In this document: piece by piece, positions 18,971-27,072 of the stretch
Position numbering within the stretch: position 1 is the first letter of the stretch
Layout of the letters: the number at the start of each line of letters is the position of its first letter
From: Myxococcota bacterium
Lineage (GTDB): Bacteria > Myxococcota_A > Polyangia > Polyangiales > Houyiibacteriaceae
Length of the DNA stretch: 64,000 nucleotides
Assembly: GCA_039177115.1 (NCBI GenBank)
Contig: JBCDFZ010000027.1
Span: 2,488-66,487, forward strand
Direction: 5' to 3'
The notes under the pieces: model-generated
Databases searched by the model: none
Seen by the model: the letters and a program-made list of their open reading frames with translations, nothing else
What the model was told of the DNA's origin: nothing
Program-made: the position numbers and the translations under genes

Positions 18971-19468
18971 CTACTCGTCGACCGGGAGACCGGCGCCCGC
19001 AGGATGCGCAAAGGCATGAGAACCTGCGATGAGCGCTTTGACGACCTCGAGCTCGGCTTCATCCCGCGGCCCGTAAACCATGACCACGTTGCGCGGAACC
19101 ACACCACGACGCGCGAGCGGGTGAACCTCGGCCCATCCCTTGTCGACAGCAACATCCAACAGGTCATCGGGAAGGTTGAGATGGAGACTGCCGTCGACAG
19201 ACGGGTGCAAATGGCAGAACTCGCGGCCGATCATGAACGCGTTCGGGGGACCGGCGTCGCAGGTCTCGCTGAGCCACATCGCTCGGGCGCCCGGCACCGA
19301 AATCCGCGACGGAACTTCATTCACGCACGCCAGTCCGAACATGAACTCAGCCACTTGGTGCTGCAGTTCGATCGGCGCGTTCTGATCGAGCTGCGTATGC
19401 GGGTTCGTGGGTGTGGTCCTCGGCCGTGGGCCGGTTCGCGCTGGGAAGTTTTCTCGAGATAGGGGCAT
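18971..19468 (-). CDS. DUF5519 / luciferase-like domain protein
   Basis: RTGPRPRTTPTNPHTQLDQN, SVPGARA, REFCHLHPSVDGSLHL, GWAEVHP, MVYGPRDEAE; ORF open upstream to 19732. Confidence 0.85.
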   Translation of the reverse strand: MPLSRENFPARTGPRPRTTPTNPHTQLDQNAPIELQHQVAEFMFGLACVNEVPSRISVPGARAMWLSETCDAGPPNAFMIGREFCHLHPSVDGSLHLNLPDDLLDVAVDKGWAEVHPLARRGVVPRNVVMVYGPRDEAELEVVKALIAGSHAFAHPAGAGLPVDE

Positions 19469-19716
19469 CGACGCTCCTTTGGCATCTGGGGAATCGGTTT
19501 GCGGACGGTGTCGATAATCGGCGGCGAGCGCGAGCGGCCGTCGGGAGCCGGCGTCGTGCTCGGGGTTCTGCTCGTGGCGGCGCCCCTCCTCTCCCGTCAC
19601 GGTCAGGGGGGTGGTGCAGGAGATCCCTCCGCCTGCCAGGCAGAGGAAAACCAGGATTTGAGACTGCTGAAACCTGATACCAAGGGAATGTAGAGAGCTC
19701 TCATTGTTGTTGCACG

Positions 19717-19731
19717 TGTTGAAATACAACA
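19717..19731. promoter_or_regulatory. Palindrome TGTTG-aaata-CAACA, putative LysR binding site
   Basis: Perfect 5-bp arms; contains a T-N11-A; about 22 bp upstream of the LysR ATG in an AT-rich patch. Confidence 0.55.
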
Positions 19732-19753
19732 TTTGTCGTGCAAATACGCATCA

Positions 19754-20620
19754 ATGGATCTCGACGCAGTCCGGCTCTTCATTTCGGTCGCCGCCCACTC
19801 ATCCTTCAGTCGCGCCGCCGCCGAGCACAATCTGCATCGATCCGCGGTAAGCCGACGGGTTGCCGCGCTCGAGCAGGCTCTCGGCGTGGACCTCCTGATC
19901 CGGACGACTCGCAGCGTGGAGCCGACCACTGCGGGTCGCCGACTCCTCGAGGAAGTCGGCCCGTTGCTCGAGCGGGTCGAGCGTGCCGTCGCGCAGCTCC
20001 CTGAAGCGGCTGACGTCCCCGCGGGGCCCCTTCACGTTTCGGCCCCGCGGGACGTTGGCACGTGGATCCTCCCGACGGTGCTCGGCGAGCTGGCCGACGC
20101 CCATCCCGCGATCACGCCTTCCGTCGAGCTATCGAACAGGCTGGTCGACGTGGAAGGCGAAGGGTTCGACGTTGCCCTCCGAGTGTCTCGCACCCGTCTT
20201 TCGGGATCGGGCCTCCGGGTTCGGCGAATCGGCACGCTTCGAGTTCGCGTCTACGCGGCACCCTGCTACGTCGCTCGCCACGACGCTCCTCAAAGCTTGC
20301 GAGACTTGGCGAACCATCCGTTGGTCGGGCTTCCCGAAGTCGTTCCCGAGGGAGTCCACGCGTTGCAGGCCATGGTGTCCGCGGGCGACATGCTTCTTGC
20401 GGCGGAGCTCGCGACTCACGGTGCGGGTGTGGCTTTCCTGCCGAGCTTCGTCGCGGAGGGTGACGTAGCGTCGGGACGCCTGGTGCGGCTCCTCCCCGAC
20501 GAAGAGGTGGCCGTCGCCGGCCTGTATCTCGTCTTCCCAGACGTCTCCCGACTGCCCTTGAAAACCATCGCCTTCAGGGATCGCGTGCTGCGATTCATGG
20601 AGGATCATCCGTTGAACTGA
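19754..20620 (+). CDS. LysR-family transcriptional regulator (CrgA/DmlR-like)
   Basis: SFSRAAAEHNLHRSAVSRRVAALEQALGVDLLIRTTRSVEPT HTH; VDVEGEGFDVALR; GRLVRLLP. Confidence 0.95.
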   Translation: MDLDAVRLFISVAAHSSFSRAAAEHNLHRSAVSRRVAALEQALGVDLLIRTTRSVEPTTAGRRLLEEVGPLLERVERAVAQLPEAADVPAGPLHVSAPRDVGTWILPTVLGELADAHPAITPSVELSNRLVDVEGEGFDVALRVSRTRLSGSGLRVRRIGTLRVRVYAAPCYVARHDAPQSLRDLANHPLVGLPEVVPEGVHALQAMVSAGDMLLAAELATHGAGVAFLPSFVAEGDVASGRLVRLLPDEEVAVAGLYLVFPDVSRLPLKTIAFRDRVLRFMEDHPLN

Positions 20621-20635
20621 AGTCCGCGGAATCGA

Positions 20636-21076
20636 CTACGTCGCCGAGCGGGCCGCTCGACGTGTGAACGTCGGTTGGACGATCAGCATGGCGGCAGCCA
20701 TCGCGGCAACGAACGCCAAGATGCTGACGCCACCGGTCGCGATCGAAGCGATCGCGGGGCCGGGGCAAAGCCCGGTAAGGCCCCATCCGACACCAAACAC
20801 GGCGGCCCCGCCGACCATTCTCGCGTCGATCGCGCTCGAGCTGGGGACGCAGATCTCGTCGCCGAGCACGGCAACCTCACGAGGCCGCACGAGGCGATAC
20901 ACGACGGAGAAGGACGCGATGGAGCCGACCATGAAGTAGGCGATAGCGGGGTTCCATTGACCGAACACGTCGAGGAATCCGAGGACCATGCGCGGGTCGG
21001 TGACGTGTGCGGCCACGAGCGAGGTGGCCATGACGGCGCCCACCAAGAACGCGACGGCATGGGTTCGCCAAGTCAC
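20636..21076 (-). CDS. YeeE/YedE-family (DUF6691-type) sulfur-compound transporter, second subunit
   Basis: DPRMVLGFLDVFGQWNP, IDARMVGGAAVFGVGWGLTGLCPGPA; GTG start overlaps the upstream stop (GTGA). Confidence 0.88.
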   Translation of the reverse strand: MTWRTHAVAFLVGAVMATSLVAAHVTDPRMVLGFLDVFGQWNPAIAYFMVGSIASFSVVYRLVRPREVAVLGDEICVPSSSAIDARMVGGAAVFGVGWGLTGLCPGPAIASIATGGVSILAFVAAMAAAMLIVQPTFTRRAARSAT

Positions 21077-21501
21077 TGCGTACCGCCGAACGCGTTCGCG
21101 GCGGCCACGGTAACGATGCCCGAGCCCACGAAAACGAGTGTCGCGACGAACGAGCGCTTCGAAAGCCGCCCGATGCCGCAGACGCCGTGCCCGCTCGTGC
21201 AGCCATTGCCGAGCCGCGTCCCGATACCAACGAGAAGGCCCGCGACTACCAGCAGGCCGAGCGACGCATCGTAGTGGCCGGGCACCGCGCCGGGGAACAC
21301 CCGCGACGCGACTCCGCCGGCCGCGATCGCCCCCGCGAGGAAGAACGCTTTCCACGTATCGTCTCGCCCCCCGTAGAGGATGACGCCTCGAAAGATCCCG
21401 CTGAAGCCTGCGATGCGTCCGTTGAGCAGCAGCAAAAAGCCGGCCGCCGTTCCGAAGGCAAGGCCGCCCAAGAGAATCGTGAGACTCGAGGGTTCGGTCA
21501 T
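21073..21501 (-). CDS. YeeE/YedE-family sulfur-compound transporter, first subunit
   Basis: NGRIAGFSG, GLLVGIGTRLGNGCTSGHGVCGIGRLSKRS; AAGGAGGA RBS. Confidence 0.92.
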   Translation of the reverse strand: MTEPSSLTILLGGLAFGTAAGFLLLLNGRIAGFSGIFRGVILYGGRDDTWKAFFLAGAIAAGGVASRVFPGAVPGHYDASLGLLVVAGLLVGIGTRLGNGCTSGHGVCGIGRLSKRSFVATLVFVGSGIVTVAAANAFGGTQ

Positions 21502-21566
21502 GATCGAATTCCTCCTTGTGGAGCTGGTGAAAGCGGTGTGATCATGGCGCGTCTCCCTCAAACGGG

Positions 21567-21603
21567 CCATGACCGAGGCTCTCGGAGCTTTGCCCGAGGG
21601 TCC
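21567..21603 (-). promoter_or_regulatory. Putative AraC binding site upstream of the YeeE operon
   Basis: Minus strand reads ggaccctcgggcaaagctcCGAGAGCCTCGGTCATGG; the 18-bp core is identical to 22641-22658 on the plus strand. Confidence 0.75.
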
Positions 21604-21614
21604 AACTTCGACCG

Positions 21615-22568
21615 ATGGATGTGCTTTCCGACGTGCTTCGTGTGATCCGGCTCTCCGGGGCGGTACTGTTTCGCGCGGATTTCGGCGCACCGTGGGACGT
21701 GTCGTCGCCGAGCTCGCAGCAGATCTCGAAGGTGCTCATGCCGGGCGCAGGGCGTATGGTCCTGTTTCACATCGTGACCGGCGGCGAATGCTGGGCCGAG
21801 GTAGAGAGCGAGCCCCGCCTGCTGCTGAAGGAGGGCGACGTCGTTGTGTTCCCGTACGGAGATCCCCATGCCATGGGGTGGGAAGACGGGGCGCGCCAGG
21901 TGTCGGTGACGGAGCTCCTCCCGATGCCACCTTGGGACGAGCCGCCCCGCGTGCGCTGCGGAGGTGACGGGCAGGAAACCAACGTCGTGTGCGGGTTCCT
22001 TCACTGCGACGACGCGCTGTTCAATCCCCTCTTGGCTACGCTCCCCCGCATATTTGCCGTGAGCGCTTCGAGCGGGGGTCGCGCAGAGTGGTTCGACTTC
22101 ATGGTCGGGCAAAGCCTCGACGAAGCAGGCGCAGCATCGCCCGGAGGCCAGGCGATGCTCACGCGGCTCGCCGAGCTGATGCTGCTCGACGTCATGCGTC
22201 GATACATGGCGCAAAACCCCGACTTCGACAGGGGGCTCCTTGCGGCGATGAAAGACGAACAGATCGCGCACACCCTGACGCTGATCCACGAAAACCCGCG
22301 CGGTCGTTGGAGTGTGGACGCGCTCGGGAAGCAGGTGGGCATGTCGCGCTCGGCGCTGGCGGCTCGTTTCAAAACGCTGCTCGGGATGCCGCCCATGCAG
22401 TACGTCACACGACTTCGCCTGCAGCAGGCTTGCCAGCTCCTGCGCGACACGCGCATGGGCATCGCGGAAGTCGCGGATCGGGTCGGCTACGAGTCCGAGG
22501 CCGCGTTCAGCCGCGCCTTCAAGCGGGTCGTCGGCCAGCCTCCCGCCACCTGGCGCGGCGCGCACTGA
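21615..22568 (+). CDS. AraC-family regulator with Cupin_6 N-terminal domain (RclR-like architecture)
   Basis: MDVLSDVL..IRLSG, FHIVTGGECW, GDVVVFPYGDPH; C-terminal MSRSALAARF..LGMPPMQY..RL and VGYESEAAFSRAFKR. Confidence 0.95.
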   Translation: MDVLSDVLRVIRLSGAVLFRADFGAPWDVSSPSSQQISKVLMPGAGRMVLFHIVTGGECWAEVESEPRLLLKEGDVVVFPYGDPHAMGWEDGARQVSVTELLPMPPWDEPPRVRCGGDGQETNVVCGFLHCDDALFNPLLATLPRIFAVSASSGGRAEWFDFMVGQSLDEAGAASPGGQAMLTRLAELMLLDVMRRYMAQNPDFDRGLLAAMKDEQIAHTLTLIHENPRGRWSVDALGKQVGMSRSALAARFKTLLGMPPMQYVTRLRLQQACQLLRDTRMGIAEVADRVGYESEAAFSRAFKRVVGQPPATWRGAH

Positions 22569-22621
22569 GCCGCGATTTCCAAGCGTGATCGCGCTCATTG
22601 GGATCCAAACGCGCGTCTTTC

Positions 22622-22658
22622 GGCGTTTCGGACAACCCTTCGAGAGCCTCGGTCATGG
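22622..22658 (+). promoter_or_regulatory. Putative AraC binding site upstream of the DUF4395-like gene
   Basis: ggcgtttcggacaacccttCGAGAGCCTCGGTCATGG, about 31 bp before ATG 22690; same core and same orientation relative to its target gene as 21567-21584. Confidence 0.75.
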
Positions 22659-22689
22659 AGAAACTCGGCCGGCCAGGGACAATCGAAGC

Positions 22690-23157
22690 ATGGGACACAC
22701 AGCGATATTCGCGCGTCCGGCCACCGACACCGACGCACCTGAAGACCCCTCGCAGGAAGCACCCCATACGTGGACCCGGTGGGCCCCGATGGTTTGCGTA
22801 GCCGGCGTAGGATTCGGCATGTCGTTTGCGTCGGCCTGGATGATTTGGGCTGCCGCCACGGTCGCGCTCTGCGCGGCGGTCCTGCCTCATCACCCGGTGG
22901 ACTACTTCTACAACTCGGTGATTCGGCGGCTCACGGGCACCGCCCCCCTTCCGAGAAGCACTTCAGGCAAGAAGCACGCGTGTATGCTCTCCGCGCTGCT
23001 TCTCGCCGGCGCCGGGGGCGCGTTCTTCGTGGGTTCAGCCAGCGTCGGCTACGCGCTCGGATTTGCGACGAAGCTTTACATGCGGTTCTGGGACCGACCG
23101 GATCCCCTCGGCCTCGCGACGCGCATCGCCACAGCGATCCCTCGTCTCTGGGCCTGA
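22690..23157 (+). CDS. DUF4395-like membrane protein (possibly internally shortened)
   Basis: Hydrophobic segments with HPVDYFYNSVIR...PLP...KKHAC pattern; ATG 22690 inside ORF 22312..23157. Confidence 0.55.
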   Translation: MGHTAIFARPATDTDAPEDPSQEAPHTWTRWAPMVCVAGVGFGMSFASAWMIWAAATVALCAAVLPHHPVDYFYNSVIRRLTGTAPLPRSTSGKKHACMLSALLLAGAGGAFFVGSASVGYALGFATKLYMRFWDRPDPLGLATRIATAIPRLWA

Positions 23158-23218
23158 GGAGCCCGCCGAGTGACGCGGTCGACGATAGCCAACGACGTCC
23201 GGCAGTTGTAGACCACGC

Positions 23219-23905
23219 GTGATGCTGCAGTCCTTCGGCCCCTCTCTCTACATCGTCGACGGGACGACTGTTTCGTTCTACGGCCTTCCGCTCCGAACAC
23301 GCACGGCGGTGGCGCAGCTGGCCGACGGCAGCCTTTGGGTCTGGTCACCCGTCGAGCTCACGGACGAACTCGCTCGCGAGTTGGACGCGCTGGGCCCCGT
23401 TCGCCATCTGGTGTCGCCCAATAAAATCCAACACATGTTTCTCGGCGAGTGGGCCGAACGCTGGCCCGACGCTCGCGTGAGTCTCCCGCCCGGGCTTGCT
23501 GCGAAGAAGCCGGAGCTGCGCGTAGACGCTGAGCTTGGTGACGACCCTGACCCGGCTTGGGCGGCCGACATCGATCAGGTCGTCTTCCGGGGCTCTCCCC
23601 TCATGGAGGAAGTCGTGTTCTTCCATCGCCCATCCAAGACCGTGATCATGGGCGACCTCATCGAGCGGAACCCAACCGAACAGTTCACAGGGTGGAGACA
23701 CGTAGTGATGCGTCTCGGAGGCGTCTTGGGTGAACACGGCTCTACCCCGCTTGATTGGCGCCTGAGCTTCCTTCGCCGCAGCGCGGCGCGGCAAGCGCGG
23801 GACAAGATTCTCGGGTGGAACGCCACGCGTCTCGTCATCGCTCACGGCGAGTGCCTCGAAGAAGACGCGGCGGTCGTCGTGGCCGAAGCGTTGGACTGGG
23901 TCTAG
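23219..23905 (+). CDS. DUF4336 family protein (second paralog)
   Basis: RTAVAQLADGSLWVWSP, HLVSPNKIQH, EVVFFHRPSKTVIMGDLI, LVIAHG. Confidence 0.9.
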   Translation: MMLQSFGPSLYIVDGTTVSFYGLPLRTRTAVAQLADGSLWVWSPVELTDELARELDALGPVRHLVSPNKIQHMFLGEWAERWPDARVSLPPGLAAKKPELRVDAELGDDPDPAWAADIDQVVFRGSPLMEEVVFFHRPSKTVIMGDLIERNPTEQFTGWRHVVMRLGGVLGEHGSTPLDWRLSFLRRSAARQARDKILGWNATRLVIAHGECLEEDAAVVVAEALDWV

Positions 23906-24140
23906 GGCTCCGCACGGACGGACGTGTCCGGCGTAGCGTCTCCCCTCCCCTTTAGCGACTCGCGTCACCGGGATAGGCCGTGCAGAGATTGCGCGCGGCG
24001 CAAAAGGGCGTGGCGGTTGGAACAAGAGTCCGGCCGATGAGGTTTGCGATGGGGAACATGAAACCCCTAAAGTGGAACTGCGACTTTTGGGGGTTCAGAC
24101 GCATCGAGCCACGGGTGCTTGGGCGAACGGAGAGAAGCGA

Positions 24141-25250
24141 ATGAGAGTTTCGACTGGGGTGTTTAGTTTGGTGCTCGTAGGGGCACTTACCTTGGTCGCC
24201 GGTTGCGGCGACGACGACGGAACCACCGGAGGCACTGGCGGTGCCGCGGGGATGGGTGGTGGCGGCGCCGGAGGTGACGGCGGCTCTGGTGGCGACGGCG
24301 GCATTGGCGGTGACGGCGGCGCGGGCGGAACCGGAGGTTCGCCGGACATCCCGGTCACCGGCGTATCGGTCTCTCCTCTGACCGCAACGATCGAAGTTGG
24401 AGCCACCGAGCAGCTCGTCGCGACGGTCACACCAGACGACGCAACGGATCCCGCGGTGAGCTGGATGTCGAGCGACGTGGCGATTGCCACCGTCTCGTCC
24501 GAAGGTCTGGTGACCGGCGCGTCACCCGGTGAAGCCATCGTGACGGTCACCACCGAGGACGGAGAGTTCACCGACACTTCGACAGTGACGGTCGTACCGC
24601 CCTCGAGCTTCCCCGCGACGGACTTCGGCGATGCGCCCGACGGAACCCCTCTTGCCGATTTTGGTTACGAAGTGGACGACAACGGCGGCGGTTCACCCGC
24701 TTTCGACGTGTCGGGAGGTGTCATTGCATCCAGCACGGACGGCCTAGGCGGCTTCTTCGACTTCACCACGCCGCTCTTTGCGATCGACCGAGACGACGAC
24801 GGCGGCGTGATCGCCGAGTGGGACGTTCGCTACCCTGAGACCGTTCCCGGGGGCGACCAAGAACGCAGCAAGTTCTACGTCCGCCTCACCGACGCGAGCG
24901 GGAGCATCCTCTACCAGTTCCTGTACAAGCCGTACCTGTCCCTGGCGGAGGCCAACTGGAACCTCGAGATCGCAGAGGGCCCCACCGAGACCTCGCTGCT
25001 TCAGGTTCGGAGTCGTGACGTCGACCCCGCCTTTACGCCCACAGGTCCATCGGCGCCCTGGATCAATTTCAAGTTCCAGCTACTCGACAACGGCGACATC
25101 AAACTCCTGATCGATGACGTCGAGTACATGACGCTGACCGACGAGACCTACACGGAGTTCAGCCGCGTGACGTTCACCTACCGAACCACGGCCGAGCCCA
25201 AGAACTATCCCATCGAGGTTCGAAACCTCTCGGTCCTGCCGCTGAACTGA
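24141..25250 (+). CDS. Lipoprotein with Gly-rich tether, Big_2 Ig-like domain and a beta-rich C-terminal domain
   Basis: Lipobox VAGC; GGTGGAAG linker; VTGVSVSP...VSWMSSDVAIATVSSEGLVTG...VTTEDG. Confidence 0.85.
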   Translation: MRVSTGVFSLVLVGALTLVAGCGDDDGTTGGTGGAAGMGGGGAGGDGGSGGDGGIGGDGGAGGTGGSPDIPVTGVSVSPLTATIEVGATEQLVATVTPDDATDPAVSWMSSDVAIATVSSEGLVTGASPGEAIVTVTTEDGEFTDTSTVTVVPPSSFPATDFGDAPDGTPLADFGYEVDDNGGGSPAFDVSGGVIASSTDGLGGFFDFTTPLFAIDRDDDGGVIAEWDVRYPETVPGGDQERSKFYVRLTDASGSILYQFLYKPYLSLAEANWNLEIAEGPTETSLLQVRSRDVDPAFTPTGPSAPWINFKFQLLDNGDIKLLIDDVEYMTLTDETYTEFSRVTFTYRTTAEPKNYPIEVRNLSVLPLN

Positions 25251-25437
25251 GCTACTGAAACCGAACGCTCGGAGACTCTCAGCACTCCAACTGACGAGTG
25301 TGCGCTGGGATAGTGCTACCGAGGGCCGGGCGACGAAGAAGGAGCAGCGAGCTCGTGACCGCCAGCCGGGTCTCGTCCTCTCCGGTTTCGCGCGTGGAGC
25401 GGGAATAATCGGGGGATCGGCGGGGTTCCGCGGGTTC

Positions 25438-26901
25438 ATGAGGTACCGAGACAGCCAACGGGTACGTCCTTTTTTGGATCGGTCCTCGGCGCTCCTGCGC
25501 CGAGCTAGCGACGAGGTAGGCGGTTCACGTCTGTGGAGTGTCACGTTCGCGCTAGCGGCCTTCTTGCAGCTCGTAGGCTGCGGTGATGACCGACAGCTCG
25601 GATGGACCGCGCCGACTCAGTTGCAGAGTGAGCTCGGGGCGGGCGCGATGCAGCTCGAGAGGGCCGGAGACCGTGCCTTGCTTCTCTCGATGGGCTCACA
25701 GCAACCCTACGGCTACGCCGTGACCGCAAGGTGGCTGGACGGTCGAGGAAGATGGCAGGACTCGGACCACATCGTGGGAGACCTCGAGGACTTCCCGGAC
25801 CTCGGCGTAGCCACAGACGAAACCGGCAACGCCGTAGTTGCATGGATCGAGCCGGGCCCTTTCGCGTTGTATCGCGAACACGAGATCTGGGCGCGTCGAT
25901 ACGTCGCTGGTGAGGGATGGACCGAACCAGAGTATGTTGGCGACGCTGGCATCGCCGGACAGGTGGGCCCGAAGGCGACCTTTCGCTCGAACGGTACACC
26001 GGTGGTGGTTTGGGGTAGGCGGTACAGGGAAGGGGACGAGCCATCGGGTTACGCCATCAGCGAGCACACAGACGCACGAGGATGGGGTCCTCCATCGGTA
26101 ATCAGTGCGAGCGACAACGTGCACAGTCGTTCTCTTGCGGGCCTTGGCACCGACGGCGAAGGCGGGGTCCTCGCGATCTGGAGCGTCTATGAGCGGGATG
26201 GCAGCGACATCGACAGGCTTGCGACTCTGAGAGCCACGCAGTGGAGCCCCGAAACGGGCTGGGGAGACGACTCAAGCTTGCGCGATCGTCGTGCCTGGAA
26301 ATGGAGCCACGTCATCGTAGACTCGGAGGGCACCGCCTGGGTCTTTTCGAGATACGCAACCGAAGGAGGCTGCCCCACCGCAGTACGCTACGTGGCGGGA
26401 CAGTGGGAAGACGCCGTCGACTTCGCGGTCGGATGCGAGGACGGCTTCGAGTTTGGCACACTCGCCGTCGACAATGCAGGTGGGGCGATCGCGATCTGGA
26501 CCGAGCGTGGCGAGGATGATCCTGCAGCGTTCTTTTCACGATACAACCCCGGCGACGGTTGGCTGTCCGCTTCTCCGATGCCGCTCGGAGACGGGGTCCT
26601 AGTGCCAACCTACGCCGTGACCGCAAGAGCGGGCGGCGACGTCTTAGCGCTGTGGTACCGGGCAACGAGTGCGGAGGACGGCTTTCGCTTGTCGACGTGG
26701 GCTAGTCAACTGAGGGACGACGGACTTTGGACGGAACCCGAGCGGCTCGCGAGTCGCGGGCCCCTATTCCAGATTGGAATCGCGCCGCACTTGACCAGCT
26801 TCGAAGACGGGCGTGCCGTGGGCGTGTGGTGGCGGTACGATGGCGTCGAGGTCCCTTACCTCCGTTGGGAGATGACGCCGTGGACGAGCCACTACCGCTA
26901 G
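25438..26901 (+). CDS. Putative lipoprotein with beta-propeller-like repeats (start uncertain)
   Basis: LVGC lipobox; recurring D..G.A/V...W and RY....GW..P units. Confidence 0.7.
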   Translation: MRYRDSQRVRPFLDRSSALLRRASDEVGGSRLWSVTFALAAFLQLVGCGDDRQLGWTAPTQLQSELGAGAMQLERAGDRALLLSMGSQQPYGYAVTARWLDGRGRWQDSDHIVGDLEDFPDLGVATDETGNAVVAWIEPGPFALYREHEIWARRYVAGEGWTEPEYVGDAGIAGQVGPKATFRSNGTPVVVWGRRYREGDEPSGYAISEHTDARGWGPPSVISASDNVHSRSLAGLGTDGEGGVLAIWSVYERDGSDIDRLATLRATQWSPETGWGDDSSLRDRRAWKWSHVIVDSEGTAWVFSRYATEGGCPTAVRYVAGQWEDAVDFAVGCEDGFEFGTLAVDNAGGAIAIWTERGEDDPAAFFSRYNPGDGWLSASPMPLGDGVLVPTYAVTARAGGDVLALWYRATSAEDGFRLSTWASQLRDDGLWTEPERLASRGPLFQIGIAPHLTSFEDGRAVGVWWRYDGVEVPYLRWEMTPWTSHYR

Positions 26902-27072
26902 CGAACCCCGCAACGTGTTTCTCGACTGTTTCGGTTCCGTAAGTAGTGCGCACCACAGCGTCGATCGGCCCCTCCACCGACGGTAAATCGGCCAACCGGC
27001 TCGTCAACGCCGATGTGGCGACGTACGGTCCTCCGGTTTGGGGCGCTGCGCCCTTCGATGACGAGGAGGAAC

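Noticed and set aside
21567-22658. 18-bp inverted repeats as IS terminal repeats or an invertible switch
   Set aside because: The enclosed gene is an AraC regulator; there is no transposase or invertase and no target duplication was seen. Position and orientation fit activator sites better.
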